In this document: positions 1-11,620 of the stretch, piece after piece | Position numbering within the stretch: the first letter of the stretch is position 1 | Layout: each line of letters begins with the position of its first letter | Assembly (NCBI GenBank): GCA_019704295.1 | Contig: AP024596.1 | Span: 896,001 to 960,000, forward strand | Direction: 5' to 3' | DNA: 64,000 nucleotides | From: Sulfolobales archaeon HS-7 | GTDB taxonomy: Archaea > Thermoproteota > Thermoprotei_A > Sulfolobales > Sulfolobaceae | The notes under the pieces: model-generated | The model's input: only the letters and a program-made list of their open reading frames with translations | The model's database searches: none | Told to the model about the DNA's origin: nothing | Position numbers and translations under genes: made by a program

Positions 1-574
1 ATCATAACTAGAAAACTTTGTTTTTAGCCTTGATTATCAGAAATTACGAGATTATTTGCGACTCTATTTAATAAACTGATTTTATATTATTTCTCTTCTC
101 ACAATTAAGCGAATTTAATTCTAGCCAAATATGTTCTATAATTTTCTAGTTTATCTAGTATATCAGATTTATTAAGGGTTGATACTATCTTATGCTCCTT
201 GCATTTACTTTTAAAATATAGATTTTGGTTAAATTCATTATATTATTATCCCTTTTAAGCTGACTTAGTCCTAATATTCTCTGTAGATAAGTCACGATAA
301 TATCTTACAGGCGTAAGATTTGGTGAAACAACATTATCATGTTTTCGGAATTGTATCATTTTTAGTAAAATCGAGTAATTTACCGCTTATGATAACAACT
401 TCTAACGTAATTTGCTTAAAACTCAGAAAGGTATTGGAGCGTGACGTTCAATCTTGAAGTTCTTTCTCAATGTCTGTAGGTATCTCTGTTGACGCAGATG
501 CAGTAATTTCTATGCGCGACTAAGAGTAGTTGACTATGAGCGATAAGAATATATAGTCTAGTTATCCCTGCTAA

Positions 575-1624
575 TTAAATGCTAAGACGTCGCTTATTAT
601 CTTCTTGATTCACGCTTAAGGAATTCATATATTGATATACATCAGCGACTTTCTTACGCGGGGGACTCTTGAAATAATGTGAACATATCGGGTCCGGTAC
701 ACCTTTATAACCTAATTGCCTTAACTTTAGTGCAATTAGGGTGAGGTTAATAAGGGGTGATGCGGCGTTAGGACCATCATATGTTTTCAGGGATATATCG
801 ATTCTTACTGGCACGTTAAATGCGTATTCCCCTTCAATTACCATATAACTAACCCTTCTATCTTTCAAAAAGTTTACGTAGTCAGAGGTGCCTGCAGTAA
901 CTTCTATGCTATCATCACTCTGTGATATAAAGCTTGATTTAATGTTTTTCTTTATTTCTTTTATTTTATCGTCCAACGTAAGATTTGCTTCTGCTGTTCC
1001 AGAAATATCGACTTGAAATGATCTTTTCACGTTTACACCTCTTCTTTTCAGTACATCGATTAATTCGGTATGTAGAATGGTTCCGCCCATCTGACTAAGC
1101 AAGTCATCCCCGAATAGAAGGAGACCCCTAGATTCAAAGACTTCCTTCATTTCAGAAGTGACAGGTGCAGGTGTGGCATTTATGAATGATGCGTGAGCAT
1201 TAGCCGCTGCTCTAGCGTAATACATAGTTGTTTTACTCATTCCGCTTGGAATTAAGCATAGTATTACCTCAGCCTTATTTTTCTTAAATTCCTCTTCTAT
1301 ATCGACAGGTTTGTCTTCTGATTCCTCTATAATTTCAGCGTACTTCCCTTCTATTGGTTCTACCGTAATACCTCTCTTTACTATTATTTCTTCGTCAACC
1401 GAGGTATACTTTTCGACCACATTAGGAGGTGCAAATATTGCATCCTTTAATGGTAAACTTACCTTTCTCTTATCAATGTCGATTGCTGACACTATTTCTA
1501 TTTCCCTGGGATCTCCAAGTCTTTTATCTACGCCAAGTACAGTCCCACCTTTTCTTAGTATATTAACTGCCTGTACATACGCCGATGCAGCATTCCCTAC
1601 TCCTATTAAGCTAACTTTTACCAT
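575..1624 (-). CDS. ino1: myo-inositol-1-phosphate synthase family protein (divergent)
   Basis: GVGNAAS Rossmann start, FINATP, GDD..SQ, DGPNAA and FKSPP motifs of the MIPS family; several motif positions are non-canonical. Confidence 0.8.
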   Translation of the reverse strand: MVKVSLIGVGNAASAYVQAVNILRKGGTVLGVDKRLGDPREIEIVSAIDIDKRKVSLPLKDAIFAPPNVVEKYTSVDEEIIVKRGITVEPIEGKYAEIIEESEDKPVDIEEEFKKNKAEVILCLIPSGMSKTTMYYARAAANAHASFINATPAPVTSEMKEVFESRGLLLFGDDLLSQMGGTILHTELIDVLKRRGVNVKRSFQVDISGTAEANLTLDDKIKEIKKNIKSSFISQSDDSIEVTAGTSDYVNFLKDRRVSYMVIEGEYAFNVPVRIDISLKTYDGPNAASPLINLTLIALKLRQLGYKGVPDPICSHYFKSPPRKKVADVYQYMNSLSVNQEDNKRRLSI

Positions 1625-1628
1625 AGTT

Positions 1629-3011
1629 TCACACGATTGTGAAGAATATTATTGGAGATAATAATCCTATCACTATAGTTAATATCGTAGCTAAATATAT
1701 GCCGTCGATCTCATCACTTTTTTTGAACTCGAAATCTCCCTGTCTGAACATTTCTCTAACTACTATTAGGTAGTATCCCGCGGAAATCGCACTATTGATA
1801 ACTCCTAATACTAATAACCATGGGTAATATATTGAGGATTCAAAAAGAAACACCTTTCCCCAGAAACCCGCTAGAGGTGGTATTCCGAGGAGACTTAGAA
1901 ACAATATAGATGACGAGAAGGCCAACCATCTATTAGCAGAGAGTCCATTCAGACTCGACAGTTCAACACTCCCCATTACTCTCTCTACGTAATTTGCAAG
2001 TAGAAATAGTCCGGATTGAGCTATCGAATACGCGATTACCTGAATAACTATTCCAGCTATTGCAATACTCTCTAAAGGTGTTCCTATCATTGCAAAACCT
2101 ATCATTACGAAACCCATTTGAGCTATACTACTATAGGCTAATATGCTAGTGATTCTCCTCCTTGAGAAGGCAACAAAGTTTCCAAAGAACATACTTGCGA
2201 TTGCAACTAGCGAAAATATAGAGAGTAGCAACATTTTATCCAGATTATTCAGAGTAAGGAACTCAATTACTTTAAGAAGCGAAGCTACGCCTATTATTTT
2301 CCCTACGCTGGATATCATTGCAATAACAATTCTATCGTTTTCGGAATATACATCAGGTAGCCAAGCATGAAATGGAAAGTTTCCTATTTTAAACATGAAA
2401 GCTATCGAGAGTAATGAAATGCCTATAAGGACGAATGAGTTAATTACTGGAGAAGGATCGACTAAATTAAACGTATCTATTCCTGGGACATAAAACGCAA
2501 AGCCGAAGAGCATTATTGAACTAGAGACAATTCCCATTATCAAGTACTTTAGACCGCCTTCTACGCTTTTTATGTCCTTACTTATCATGGATATTGCGTA
2601 ACTTGCAGCCGAGGCAAGTGCCCATCCTGTTATTATTATTAGAATATTAGCTGCTAGAGCTAGATATATAGTACCCAAAAGTAAAAGCAATGAAAGAGAT
2701 AAGAAAGATTGATAGGACGACCAATTCCTTATGTGTTCTTTGCTCCCTAGTATTACTATCAGGGTTGCAATTTCTGCAGCAAAAGCCAACCATAGACCTG
2801 AATTATTTAAATATAGAGATTTAGAAAATACGAAAACGTTATCTATACCTAGTGCCAATGTCAATAGTGTTAATACTGACCCTATTATTACTGAAATAAC
2901 TGATAAATTAACTGCTAGTGATACTTTCTTTTGGTTAATGTGAACTAACGATAAGCTGACTATCAATAAAACTAAGCTTTGTATTGAGATTAGTACTGTT
3001 CCAACTTGCAT
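1629..3011 (-). CDS. nuoN: complex I-like oxidoreductase subunit N
   Basis: Polytopic membrane protein with EGGLKY, FKIG.FPFH.WLPDVY, LAYSSIAQMG and LGIPPLAGFWGK. Confidence 0.95.
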   Translation of the reverse strand: MQVGTVLISIQSLVLLIVSLSLVHINQKKVSLAVNLSVISVIIGSVLTLLTLALGIDNVFVFSKSLYLNNSGLWLAFAAEIATLIVILGSKEHIRNWSSYQSFLSLSLLLLLGTIYLALAANILIIITGWALASAASYAISMISKDIKSVEGGLKYLIMGIVSSSIMLFGFAFYVPGIDTFNLVDPSPVINSFVLIGISLLSIAFMFKIGNFPFHAWLPDVYSENDRIVIAMISSVGKIIGVASLLKVIEFLTLNNLDKMLLLSIFSLVAIASMFFGNFVAFSRRRITSILAYSSIAQMGFVMIGFAMIGTPLESIAIAGIVIQVIAYSIAQSGLFLLANYVERVMGSVELSSLNGLSANRWLAFSSSILFLSLLGIPPLAGFWGKVFLFESSIYYPWLLVLGVINSAISAGYYLIVVREMFRQGDFEFKKSDEIDGIYLATILTIVIGLLSPIIFFTIV

Positions 3012-6000
3012 TTAAATCACCACTGTAAATATAATTAAAAGTAAAAATATAATTATTAGACCTATTGCATATACTGCAACGTAATTACCTATAATACCAT
3101 CCTGAATCCGCGACCACGCCCTCCCTAAACCGTAGGCGGTCTGCGGTATTCTTTCGTTGAATGTTTCATCAAATCCCCTCCGCTCTAAGCTGTTAAAAAG
3201 TCCAGACGAAAAATTATGGTATCCGTATCCTAATCTATCAAACACGGGATTTAAGTAAAAGCCCTGTTCTAATGCGGTTGAAAGGGTCTGTAGCTTGTTA
3301 CCAATTTCTATACCACGTGTGTATATAAGGGATATAAGGATGCCAATAACGACGGCTATAATTACGATAGGATCTAAATAGTAATAGGACGCAATTTCTG
3401 AGTAAGGCAAACTAATTACTTTAGTGAAAAGGCTCGATAGCACAGTATAGAATCCTACCCCTAGTCCTATACTTGTTAATACGAGTATGGCAGGCGCTAT
3501 AATCATTGTAGGATGTAGATGATGAGATTCCTCAATTTCTTCTCCTTTACTCCAAGTAAATGTCTTGAAAACAAGCCTCATAATGTAAATACTACCCAAG
3601 AATTCGGCTATAACTATAAGAGGAAATAGTCCTGAAACGTAGTTAGCTAACGCGGCTACTCCTTGATGACCCCAATACCCTATTAGGAACGGGATGTCAG
3701 CTAGGTTCAATGCAGCTATTAACTGAAGAACGAATACGGTTTTGATTTTATTGTATAGATTCTTAAAAGTTCCAATGAATCTACTTTCTGTAGCGTGGAT
3801 GACGCTTCCTGCATTCATGAAGAGTGACGCTTTATATAAGCCATGAGCGAGGAATTGAACAACTCCGGCTAGTATACCTATATATAAATACGTTGGATCT
3901 CCAAAAAATGAAGCTATTAGTAATCCGACGGAAGAGGAAAGGATCATAAATGAAATTTGGTCTGCAGTAGAATATGCCAGTAATACCTTCTGTTCATCTG
4001 AGGCCAGTGCGCCAAAACTCGTATAGAATATTGTGAAGAGAGATATTCCTATCATTACTTCAGCAAACGTGTTTAACTCGGGAGTACCTAATGCAGGTAT
4101 AAAGAAAGGGTAAAATAAGAAAGTAATAAACGCGCCTAAGTTAACCATAGTAGCTGCGTGTATAAGTGCACTAACAGGAGTCGGTCCTGTCATTGCAGTT
4201 AATAACCATTGTGTGAATGGGAACTGAGCGCTCTTGCTGAGTCCACCTAAAAAGAGTATAAGTGCTATAACCCACCAATATGAATGGGTCAGAGGATTTA
4301 TGAAGAGTTCTCTTAATCCTACAGTAAGTAGTCCCTGTGAATTGTAGAGGAGAGTATTATTTGAAAAGATTAAAAGCGAACCAAAACCGGCTATTAGGCC
4401 TACATCGGCTAAGCGGGTAAATATCATTGCCCTTATTCCGCTGTTTGTCGGTGTAGAGATATATGGTATACCTAACACTCTCTTTTCCGGTTTTCCTACG
4501 ATATTCTTGGGATTGTCATCAAGGTAGTAACTTATTAGGCCATATGAGGCCAAGCTGGTGCCTTCCCATCCTATTAGAAATAAATACAAATTGCCTGCTA
4601 TTACTACGCTTAACATAGAAGCAACGAAGAATTCAAAAAATCCCCAATATCTTCTCAGAACCGAGTCTTCCTTCATATATCCAACACTATACAAGGATAT
4701 GAACGATGCTAATCCGCTTACGATCGAGGCTAGTACAGCCTGTAACGGAGACACCTGAAAAGTCAGGTAAAATAAGGTTGATGTCAGTGTTCTTCCGAGG
4801 AAAGCTGTCTGATACACCATGTTAAGCGAGATTACGAATGCGATTATGTTGAGGACGAAGCCCAAATATCCTCTAATATCCTGATTAAGTCCTTTAGGCG
4901 TTATTAACGCTATTATTGAGGCTATTAGTGGCAATATAAACACGAGTAGGGGTAATACGCTGTTAGCTGGTACGGTATTTACCAGATAATTAAACGCTGG
5001 GGACAAGAGATTTGGGACGAAGAAGAAAATTATACTCATAACCGCTAGAAACAACATGGGTATCGAATAGGCTATAATTTTATCTAATGAGACGCTCTCT
5101 TTTTTTCCACCGTAAACTCTCTTAAATAGGTACGTTAAATAGGCCGAGGATGTTCCGATTGCAATCATTATAGCTGCTACAATTCCTATAAACCACGCTT
5201 CTCCGAATCTTACTCCTAACTCTCCTGCAGATAGAATCAGAAGTATTTCACTGATCAAACCTATTGTTGGTGGCAAGCCAAGCAAATTGAGGATACCTAT
5301 AAACGATGTAGTACTGTGCAAAGGGGATGACAAATATAACCCACCTAGACGTTCGATATCCCTTGTACCGATTTCGGTTATTGAGGCGCCTGCGCTCATG
5401 AAGAGAATTGCTTTTCCTAGTCCGTGAGAGACGTATATCAGTATTGACGCTACAATTGCGAGCGGTAAGATCGCTATATTCTGTGATAACCCAAGAGCAA
5501 ACCCTATAGAGGCCGCCAACATCATGTATCCCATTTGGGAAACACTAGAGTATGCAAGAAATCTCTTGAAATCCCCTTGAGTAAAGGCCATTATACCTCC
5601 GTAAATCATTGTTACTAACGCCCAGATTATGAAAACGGGAGCCAGCAGGTTCAGCTGTGGAAACATGAAATAGTAAAGAATTATTACGAATACGCCAAGT
5701 CCTACCGTGTTAGGACTCAGTAAAACGGAAATTGGAGTGGGTGCCTCACCATGAGCGTAGGGAAGCCAAGTATTAAATAGAAACATAGCGGCCTTTATCA
5801 TCATTCCTATTATGGCTAGCACAAATGCTATCGTTAGAATAGGGTTAGTGGTGTATTGCACTATTTGGAAAGGTCGTTGATATATGTCAGGGTTTTTATA
5901 GGGTCCAGCAAATATTAAGGTTAGAATGGAGGCTAGTAAGAGGATAGTGCCTATATGTGTCCATATGAAATACATTAGTGAAATTCTTCTCCTATTTCCA

Positions 6001-6443
6001 TATCCGTAGAGCAGGATCAGTAAGAACGAACTTACTAGGGATACCTCAAGAAATACGTAAAGCTCAACTAAATTGGTAGAGGTTGTTACGTAAATCATTG
6101 AAATTGCAAATACTGTGAATAAACCGTAATATGCATTCCATTTTGGCTTTATTTCTAATTCTTTGAATCTCTCTTCCATATATCGGGAAGCATAAATTGA
6201 AGAGGCAGCCGTTACTAGAACAATAGTTATTATGAATGGAAGGTTCAGGTCATTTACTACGAAACCGAAGTTACCAATATAGCTCCCTAGAAAGTAATTT
6301 TCCAATTCGCCATATTCCAAGATAATTAGTAAGTTGATCGCTATTGATAGTAGGGAAATGACACCTGATAACTTCTTATCGTTTATAAAGAAGATTAGCG
6401 CACCTAATAATACGGAAGCTATGAATACAAGTAATGCAAGCAT
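3012..6443 (-). CDS. nuoL: complex I-like subunit, NuoM-NuoL fusion (two antiporter-like modules)
   Basis: N half: WLPYAHGEAPT and KRFLAYSSVSQMG (NuoM-like). C half: KSAQFPFTQWL..AMTGPTPVSALIHAATMV and HGLYKASLF (NuoL-like). Single 1143 aa ORF. Confidence 0.9.
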   Translation of the reverse strand: MLALLVFIASVLLGALIFFINDKKLSGVISLLSIAINLLIILEYGELENYFLGSYIGNFGFVVNDLNLPFIITIVLVTAASSIYASRYMEERFKELEIKPKWNAYYGLFTVFAISMIYVTTSTNLVELYVFLEVSLVSSFLLILLYGYGNRRRISLMYFIWTHIGTILLLASILTLIFAGPYKNPDIYQRPFQIVQYTTNPILTIAFVLAIIGMMIKAAMFLFNTWLPYAHGEAPTPISVLLSPNTVGLGVFVIILYYFMFPQLNLLAPVFIIWALVTMIYGGIMAFTQGDFKRFLAYSSVSQMGYMMLAASIGFALGLSQNIAILPLAIVASILIYVSHGLGKAILFMSAGASITEIGTRDIERLGGLYLSSPLHSTTSFIGILNLLGLPPTIGLISEILLILSAGELGVRFGEAWFIGIVAAIMIAIGTSSAYLTYLFKRVYGGKKESVSLDKIIAYSIPMLFLAVMSIIFFFVPNLLSPAFNYLVNTVPANSVLPLLVFILPLIASIIALITPKGLNQDIRGYLGFVLNIIAFVISLNMVYQTAFLGRTLTSTLFYLTFQVSPLQAVLASIVSGLASFISLYSVGYMKEDSVLRRYWGFFEFFVASMLSVVIAGNLYLFLIGWEGTSLASYGLISYYLDDNPKNIVGKPEKRVLGIPYISTPTNSGIRAMIFTRLADVGLIAGFGSLLIFSNNTLLYNSQGLLTVGLRELFINPLTHSYWWVIALILFLGGLSKSAQFPFTQWLLTAMTGPTPVSALIHAATMVNLGAFITFLFYPFFIPALGTPELNTFAEVMIGISLFTIFYTSFGALASDEQKVLLAYSTADQISFMILSSSVGLLIASFFGDPTYLYIGILAGVVQFLAHGLYKASLFMNAGSVIHATESRFIGTFKNLYNKIKTVFVLQLIAALNLADIPFLIGYWGHQGVAALANYVSGLFPLIVIAEFLGSIYIMRLVFKTFTWSKGEEIEESHHLHPTMIIAPAILVLTSIGLGVGFYTVLSSLFTKVISLPYSEIASYYYLDPIVIIAVVIGILISLIYTRGIEIGNKLQTLSTALEQGFYLNPVFDRLGYGYHNFSSGLFNSLERRGFDETFNERIPQTAYGLGRAWSRIQDGIIGNYVAVYAIGLIIIFLLLIIFTVVI

Positions 6444-6444
6444 T

Positions 6445-6729
6445 CTATGTCACCTCAAGCTTATTCTTTAGCCTGTAATATAGTATTACCGCTGCGAATG
6501 CAACTACGACCTCCGTTAGGGCCATGCCTATACCGAAAACTCCTAGAATTATAGGAAGGTAAGTTAGCCCCTCAGCGAACGCAAGCGAAAATATCGCGAG
6601 GATTGAACCGTTTAGAATTACTTCAGACGATAATATTATCCTGATTACATTTTTACTATTAAAAACCCCGTAAAAACCTATCGATACTAAAATAACTGAT
6701 ACCGCGAATCCCAAATATGGGAGGATCAT
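6445..6729 (-). CDS. nuoK: complex I-like subunit K
   Basis: Small 3-TM protein with the conserved glutamates ([14 protein letters not shown]); start moved to the ATG at 6729. Confidence 0.9.
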   Translation of the reverse strand: MILPYLGFAVSVILVSIGFYGVFNSKNVIRIILSSEVILNGSILAIFSLAFAEGLTYLPIILGVFGIGMALTEVVVAFAAVILYYRLKNKLEVT

Positions 6730-6731
6730 TT

Positions 6732-7226
6732 TTAGTTCCTCCTGGCGAGTGTAATAGCTTCGATAAGAGTAGCAGCTAATGCTGTTATCAGTATTAAGGT
6801 AGGGAACCAATATTCTCCCACTATTATGTCAGCTAATCTGGTTAAATTAAGCGCTGAGGGGGTAGTTAATAAAGGTGGAGATGTTATGAGCATAGTCCCA
6901 AGTAGAAACGCGCCGATTAATACGGAAATTGGAATAGACCATTTTGCGATCTCTCCTTTAATTTCTAGGTTCTTGAAAAGTACGAATGATATTACTAGGA
7001 ATGATACGGTAGCTCCTACATATAGCAAAAGGTGAATAGCAGAGTATAATGCAAATGCCGCTGGATCTAAATCCGCTATTAATATAGCGGTTGATATACC
7101 TAAGATGATCAGAGAGTAGGCAGCGTAGATCAGGTATTTAGTATTAGTAATAGTTAGAGAAGTTATCATTGCAACTACGGAAAAGATGATGAAGATTCCT
7201 AGCTCAATCTCAGTCGTCAGGCTCAT
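6732..7226 (-). CDS. nuoJ: complex I-like subunit J
   Basis: Hydrophobic, LYVGA motif, lies between nuoI and nuoK. Confidence 0.9.
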   Translation of the reverse strand: MSLTTEIELGIFIIFSVVAMITSLTITNTKYLIYAAYSLIILGISTAILIADLDPAAFALYSAIHLLLYVGATVSFLVISFVLFKNLEIKGEIAKWSIPISVLIGAFLLGTMLITSPPLLTTPSALNLTRLADIIVGEYWFPTLILITALAATLIEAITLARRN

Positions 7227-7704
7227 AAACTATCCCCTTCTTCTCGTCGATCTTTGCCCTCACTTTCCTAACGGGTTTATCCATAGTCGGCGGCTGGTCA
7301 AAATCCTGACTAAATTTGTCAGGGTCAAAGATGAGTTCTCTTCTATTAGTAAAGGCTGCATCGTGTACCCCAGTTTCCTTTAGCGCATCAACTGGACAAA
7401 TATCAACACAAAAGCCGCAAAATACGCATCTACCGTAATTTATCATTGGAAGTTTTTTACCTTCTTCAGTAACCATTTTCATAGCGTCTGCAGGACATAC
7501 CATTGCGCACAAAGTGCATCCAATACATACATCCTTATACAGTCTGATCATTCCTCTATATCCTGTTGGAAGCACCATACTTTCCTCTGGATACATTAGA
7601 GTTATTCTAGTTGGTTTAACAAGGTATTTTAGACCTGTCCCTATAGCCTCTAAGTGTTGACCTAGAAGTTTGAATGGGTTCTCCTTTTTAGGATATTCCT
7701 TCAT
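7210..7704 (-). CDS. nuoI: complex I-like subunit I (2x[4Fe-4S])
   Basis: [12 protein letters not shown] and [12 protein letters not shown]; ATG at 7704 overlaps the nuoH TGA (ATGA). Confidence 0.95.
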   Translation of the reverse strand: MKEYPKKENPFKLLGQHLEAIGTGLKYLVKPTRITLMYPEESMVLPTGYRGMIRLYKDVCIGCTLCAMVCPADAMKMVTEEGKKLPMINYGRCVFCGFCVDICPVDALKETGVHDAAFTNRRELIFDPDKFSQDFDQPPTMDKPVRKVRAKIDEKKGIVYEPDD

Positions 7705-8753
7705 AGAAAAATCCCTCCTATCATGCCTATTATTAGTGCCAGTAAAGCAGCTGGGAAGAAGTACTTCCAGCCACCCCTTAAGATTTGGTCTATTCGGTAT
7801 CTCCCGTACACACTTCTCATGAACACTGAGAAAAATAAAATGATTAACGCCTTGATCACTGTTAATATGGCGCCAGGTATTCCCATTAATGGGAGCCACC
7901 CGCCTAGGAAAACAGTGGCAAAAACCAAAGAGTATACAAACGTAAGTAAGTACGGGCCTGCCATGGATAGTACGAAGAGTAAACCTGAATACTCTGTAAA
8001 CGCCCCAGTGACCAGTTCGGTATCAGCCTCAGCAACGTCAAAAGGAAATCTTGCAGTGCCCATCAAAAGCGCCACGAAGAAAACAAACGCTGCGATGGGA
8101 TTCGCTATTATTCCAGGAACCCCAGTCTTTACAATAGATGCTATATCTAACGTGTGATACTCTATCCCCATGCTAATTAGTGCGATGATTATTAAAGTAT
8201 CGTAAGCTACAGTAAGTATTCCCTCTCTAATAGCCGATATAAGTGAAAATCTATTATTACTAGCCCATGCTGTCATAACTGTTAAGATTGGCACGACAGA
8301 GGCCACTGCTATAATAAAAAGCAGACTATATGGAGTAATTATAGGTTGATATAACGAAATACCTGCGAATTTGTCGAAGAAAAAGCGATAATACGGAGAC
8401 GTTATTGAACCAGACGAGGGAATTTGAGAAACTGGAATAAACGCCATTGGTAGGAATGCAAAAGCGGTAATAAGTATTGGACCTAATATGAAGAACTCTC
8501 TTATCGAATTAGACGGAACTATTATCTCAGCTAAACCGAATTTTATCGCGTCTGCGATTAACTGGAAATATCCTCCTATTCTTTTTGAGGCGTAATATGG
8601 TCCGAATCTCATTTGTATCTTAGCGGCTATTTTCCTTTCAGCCCAAATTGCGGTCAGTAATGTTATTAAAGAAAAAATTAAACCTGGGAATACGATCATA
8701 ATAAAAAATGAAGGATAAAATAAATAATAAATAAAGGAAGAAATCACACTCAT
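7701..8753 (-). CDS. nuoH: complex I-like subunit H
   Basis: [51 protein letters not shown]. Confidence 0.97.
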   Translation of the reverse strand: MSVISSFIYYLFYPSFFIMIVFPGLIFSLITLLTAIWAERKIAAKIQMRFGPYYASKRIGGYFQLIADAIKFGLAEIIVPSNSIREFFILGPILITAFAFLPMAFIPVSQIPSSGSITSPYYRFFFDKFAGISLYQPIITPYSLLFIIAVASVVPILTVMTAWASNNRFSLISAIREGILTVAYDTLIIIALISMGIEYHTLDIASIVKTGVPGIIANPIAAFVFFVALLMGTARFPFDVAEADTELVTGAFTEYSGLLFVLSMAGPYLLTFVYSLVFATVFLGGWLPLMGIPGAILTVIKALIILFFSVFMRSVYGRYRIDQILRGGWKYFFPAALLALIIGMIGGIFL

Positions 8754-9967
8754 TATCGATCAGCCTCTGGTGGAAAATAATCTAAAGAACCGTAAATCGT
8801 TACGAGATCTGCATATCTAGAACCCTTAGCTAATTCCCTGAACACTTTGATAAGTCTGTATGACGGAGTTATCATTCTAAGTCTGTATGGTTTAGCCGTG
8901 CCGTCACTAATAACGTAAAACGCCAGTTCTCCTCTACCTGCTTCCACTCTAGCGAAAGCCTCTCCTTTTGGAGGTCTGAATGACGCATAATATCCAGGCA
9001 TAACTATCCTGTGTTGTCCCTCCCACCATTTCTTCAATCTGATAGGAGGTATTTGCTTGAAGAATCTGTCGCTTAGTATATTTCCCTGAGGTATTTCACG
9101 CATTATCTGTTCCAACATTTTCATACTTTGTTCTATTTCTTCAATTCTTACTAATGTCCTAGCATAGGCATCTCCCTCCTTGTATACAGGTATTTCAAAA
9201 TCTAGCTTATCATAAGCAGCATAGGGTTCAGCCTTTCTTACGTCAAATGCAACTCCAGAGGCCCTTAAGTTAGGTCCAACCGCTCCCCATCTTATAGCAT
9301 TCTCCTTGGTCATAACGCCTACGTTTTGAGTTCTGGCTTTGATATTTGGATTATTTACGAATATTCCCTTCCAGTCATTGAGTTTTCTTCTTGTATACTT
9401 TATTGCTTTTTCTGTCATTTCCATTATTACTGGGGTTATATCCCTTCTTACTCCTCCTGGTAGAATATATGAATTCGTTACCCTAGCTCCAGTTAGGGCT
9501 TGCAATATTTCGACCCATACTTCTCTGTCCCCAAAGCCCCACATAAAGGCGGTAGAGTGTCCCATGAATACCCCGAAGATTCCCATCCCATACAAATGAC
9601 TGGCTATTCTATTAACCTCAGCCGCAAAGCTTCTCAAATAAAGAGCCCTCGGAGGTACGTCAACGTTAAGTATCTTTTCAACCGCCATTATGTAAGCCAT
9701 ATTCATATGGATTGAATCTAGTATGGCGGGTCTTTCAATAAGAGGGATCAAGTGGATGTAATTCCTATTCTCTGATAGTTTTTCTACCGATCTATGAACA
9801 TAGCCGACGTCAAGATCTACGTCTTCAATGATATCCCCGTTAAGTCTTACAAATATTCTCATGTGACCTGAGCCGGGATGTTGAGGACCTACGTTAAGTT
9901 CTCCCTCGACTGGAACTATTTCGACCTCTAATCCTCCTTTAAGTATCTTTTCAACCTCTTCTGTCAA
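8753..9967 (-). CDS. nuoD: complex I-like subunit D
   Basis: [31 protein letters not shown] and C-terminal EADR; no Ni-binding CxxC motifs. Confidence 0.97.
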   Translation of the reverse strand: MTEEVEKILKGGLEVEIVPVEGELNVGPQHPGSGHMRIFVRLNGDIIEDVDLDVGYVHRSVEKLSENRNYIHLIPLIERPAILDSIHMNMAYIMAVEKILNVDVPPRALYLRSFAAEVNRIASHLYGMGIFGVFMGHSTAFMWGFGDREVWVEILQALTGARVTNSYILPGGVRRDITPVIMEMTEKAIKYTRRKLNDWKGIFVNNPNIKARTQNVGVMTKENAIRWGAVGPNLRASGVAFDVRKAEPYAAYDKLDFEIPVYKEGDAYARTLVRIEEIEQSMKMLEQIMREIPQGNILSDRFFKQIPPIRLKKWWEGQHRIVMPGYYASFRPPKGEAFARVEAGRGELAFYVISDGTAKPYRLRMITPSYRLIKVFRELAKGSRYADLVTIYGSLDYFPPEADR

Positions 9968-10436
9968 CGAAGATCCCCTCGGTCTTAATTTTGAAACTCT
10001 TTCTTAACGGATATACCCCGTCGAAGTCTTCTGGAAGGAAGAAAAGTCTCAATTCATCATGCCCTTTAAATATTATTCCATAATCCTCGAAAGTTTCTCG
10101 TTCTGCAGTCCATGCGCTAGGCCAGATAGAAATAAGGGAGTCGATTACAGGTTCCTTATAAGTTACATACGTTTTCAGGGTCAAAACTATGTTCATTTTC
10201 CCCTCCTCATAAGAGGAAATGTGGTAAACCACTCCTAGCTTTTCTTGCTCAGGGTAGTCTACACCACTCACTGAGATCACGTGATCAAAGCCAGAGTTCT
10301 GTAGGAGTTTAGCAAGGTCCTTTATCTTAGAGGGCTCAGTGAGCTCAATTGAGTACCTATTTGTTCCGTCAGCCTTTATTTGGATATTATTTATTTTTCT
10401 TTGAATTTCTTGTATGAAATCAGGAACTGAGGACAT
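9951..10436 (-). CDS. nuoC: complex I-like subunit C
   Basis: [27 protein letters not shown]. Confidence 0.95.
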   Translation of the reverse strand: MSSVPDFIQEIQRKINNIQIKADGTNRYSIELTEPSKIKDLAKLLQNSGFDHVISVSGVDYPEQEKLGVVYHISSYEEGKMNIVLTLKTYVTYKEPVIDSLISIWPSAWTAERETFEDYGIIFKGHDELRLFFLPEDFDGVYPLRKSFKIKTEGIFVDRRG

Positions 10437-10827
10437 TATACTCCCTCCTGAATACCCATTGATAAAGAGTATCTACTTGTTTTATACAGTAATAAATAGT
10501 AGGATATAGTATGGCTATAGTTGCAACGATTATTAAATAGAATTTTGCTAGTATTTGACTAGTAGCGTAAACAATTGGGGAAATGAGGAATAAAATAGTT
10601 AAAATTGGTTCAATGCTAGTGTAAATCAGCAGATATCCGTAATACTGCAGGGGATACCACATTCTACCCTCTCCTGTTGGTATATTTCCCGCTTCGAAAC
10701 GATCAAGTTTTACTGGGCTCGGATCCCCTTTAAGTGAATCAGAGAGGAACTTGTAGCCTGTAAGACCTATAGCAAGGATCAATATGAAGGGTAAACCTAA
10801 AGCTAGTATAGGCTGCGTTAATGACAT
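10420..10827 (-). CDS. nuoA: complex I-like subunit A
   Basis: RFEAGNIP loop, YY.YLLIY..IE, 3 TM; ATG at 10827 fits a leaderless start from the upstream TATA box (10836 is the alternative). Confidence 0.9.
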   Translation of the reverse strand: MSLTQPILALGLPFILILAIGLTGYKFLSDSLKGDPSPVKLDRFEAGNIPTGEGRMWYPLQYYGYLLIYTSIEPILTILFLISPIVYATSQILAKFYLIIVATIAILYPTIYYCIKQVDTLYQWVFRREYNVLSS

Positions 10828-10851
10828 CAAGTTCATTTAACGCCAAGTACG

Positions 10852-10864
10852 TATTTATACCTTT
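10852..10864 (-). promoter_or_regulatory. BRE/TATA promoter of the nuo operon
   Basis: Minus strand AAAGGTATAAATA about 25 nt upstream of ATG 10827. Confidence 0.6.
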
Positions 10865-10992
10865 GTATTAATATGTTAATTGTTTATACAGGAAATACGA
10901 TGTTCATTAGGAATAATCTTTAGCAATTTGTGAAATAAAATCAAGTTATATTGCTGACTTCTTCCTGTGTATTTACCCATATGATAGTAATG

Positions 10993-11067
10993 CGCCGCGA
11001 GGAGGACTCGAACCTCCGACCACAGGGTTAACAGCCCTGCGCTCTGCCAGAACTGAGCTATCGCGGC
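10993..11067 (-). tRNA. tRNA-Asn(GTT)
   Basis: GCCGCGA/TCGCGGC acceptor stem, anticodon arm CAGGG-CT-GTT-AA-CCCTG, T loop GGTTCGAGTCC; no intron, CCA not encoded. Confidence 0.97.
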
Positions 11068-11620
11068 ACTACTAAATATTAAACTCCTTACCCCTTAAAT
11101 GTTTTCCTCTCCTATAACTTTCATCAATTCTAGGGAACCTGAAATATTTAACAGAAAGCAATCGTATACTAGAATTTTATGAAGCTTATTCAAATGGGTA
11201 CTAACTTAAGTTGCGTAAAGCTCAGAGATAGTACTCCTTCTTTTGTGGACCCTGTATACTTGCGGGATTTTAGGAGATGACTAGGCTTAACCTAGGAGGA
11301 GGTAAGTCTCTCTGTCTTTAATACGGGTAAGTTGTGGACCTCCTCTGGGGAAGTCCTCCCTATATTTGAAAACGGAAACTATGTTAATGATACTGTCTAC
11401 AGGGTAGGTATCGTTACAACTCCTAAAGGAGGGTAAGTGTAATATTCATCTCCTCTAATTAAAGGGTAATACAGAGTAGGATTAACATGAAGTTTAACGC
11501 TTGATTGACAGGCCTTTGTGTCTGCGAAACCCCTACGGTCAATAGGGTGATGTAGAGTGAAGGCTAATCCAAAAGGACAGTTCGCTCGCTGGGAAGAAGT
11601 AGATATCCGACAATCACTAA

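Noticed and set aside
1-574. Short minus-strand open stretches at the window start
   Set aside because: No credible start or family motif; left unannotated
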